Part shown: one piece after another, positions 63,069 through 64,000 of the stretch | Layout of the letters: every line of letters begins with the position of its first letter | Numbering within the stretch: position 1 is the stretch's first letter | From: Carpediemonas membranifera BICM | Lineage: Eukaryota; Protista; Fornicata | NCBI GenBank assembly: GCA_019828565.1 | Contig: JAHDYR010000053.1 | Location: 1 to 64,000 of the forward strand | Direction of reading: 5' to 3' | Length of the DNA: 64,000 nucleotides | The notes under the pieces: model-generated | What the model was told of the DNA's origin: nothing | Database searches by the model: none | The model's input: the letters and a program-made list of their open reading frames with translations, nothing else | Program-made: the position numbers and the translations under genes

Positions 63069-64000
63069 ATGCTCCTCAAGAGGATACTGGCATCAACACC
63101 ATTCTATGCAGCGTGTACCTTTCCATTGACTCAGATAACGTCAGCACACATCGGTTTCGTGTTTCCAAAGCTCCCCAACGCCGTGAGTTCGTCCAGGTTG
63201 TTCAAGAGTTGCTCAGTGCAGGATATATATGTCGCCAGGATGTTTCAAAGCAGCTGTACCCCTCTCCGACTGCCACATCTATCGCTGCGGAGAAGAGGAA
63301 TCACACGACTTACCCAAGAGCCTACGTGAAGCATACATCCGCAGTTGACACTCTCGCAGCCGAGAATGAGTGTCTACGGAAGCGTCTGGCCGACACGGAG
63401 CGCCTGATTCAACTAACGAACCAGCTCAAGTCCATCACAAACGGATACAATGCCGTTAACGACGAGATCCGCATAATGAACTCTCTTGCAGGTAGGCTTA
63501 ACCTTGATATTGTGCGGATATCTCCTGTTACCTCGAAGATCAAGTCTCTCGCGTGTAATATCCAGAATATGGAGGAGATAGAATCACTTCTCCAATCTGA
63601 CACCGCTTGGAGGAGATTTATCCGCAGTCACGTTCCCGCCAACATTCAGCACAGGGTAACGGCGAGAAGGTCTGATCAGGCCAATCAGGAATATGAGCTC
63701 GACCTCATCACCCATGTCGAAGCTCCTCTTGATGTTGTACGATCATCTATTCAGGGCGACTCGGCCCATGCAGAGCACGTTGCAGGAAAAATCGTCGTCT
63801 TCTATGACTCAGAGCAGGACCGTGAGACTCACTATAGCATCATGAAAGAGCAAGGCCTCACCCCTCGGATGCAGACGAGTACAAGATATACCCATGTATA
63901 TCATGCATCATTTGATATCATGGAGTATTATCGCCAAGCGGTTGCATTCCCCGTATCGCTGGAGACGTCACGATCCGGGCGCAAGAGTGCAGCTCGGACA
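63069..64000 (+). CDS. 5' part of a paralog of the 855-aa putative transposase (runs off the window; main frame absent from the ORF track)
   Basis: The frame containing codon 63344 is open to 64000: DTLAAENECLRKRLADTE..LKSITNGYNAVNDEIRIMNSLAGRL..IVVFYDSEQDRE versus DSLCEDNHLLLEKIENTE..LKRITEGVNVVDDEVTVFNAIAKRL..ITIFFNSEDERD. Confidence 0.75.

Overview
Eukaryotic DNA, probably from a protist (32-33 nt GT-AG introns, a Pol III tRNA gene, chromodomain Ty3/gypsy pieces), almost entirely mobile-element derived. (1) Centre: an intact tRNA-Thr(AGT) gene (29227-29299) is followed by a head-to-tail array of five antisense, site-specific RT + restriction-like endonuclease (CRE/SLACS-like) non-LTR retrotransposons of two families (A, A, B, A-deleted, B-interrupted; 29300-43118). 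Each unit is preceded by the last 12 nt of the tRNA (CGGGAGGGAGCA) and supplies a new T4 tract just downstream. The two families share a 54-nt 5' hairpin block and a 48-nt 3' block. A DIRS-type tyrosine-recombinase retrotransposon ends about 20 bp upstream of the same tRNA. (2) Both window ends (1-10.6 kb and 43.1-64 kb) carry paralogous gene sets around an 855-aa protein with Transib/RAG1-like DDE motifs, linked in both cases to a PHD-finger gene. Kinase, SET, OTU, HEPN and catalytically degenerate tyrosine-recombinase-like genes lie nearby, suggesting a family of large cargo-carrying DNA transposons. (3) 10.7-24 kb is a nest of Ty3/gypsy fragments plus an APE-type element carrying a Maelstrom/arenavirus-NP-like DEDDh exonuclease and a possible OTU domain. 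(4) 47-61 kb holds near-identical direct and inverted segmental repeats built on a 404-bp unit. All family assignments come from motif reading by eye, without database searches. Many single-base frameshifts may be sequencing errors.
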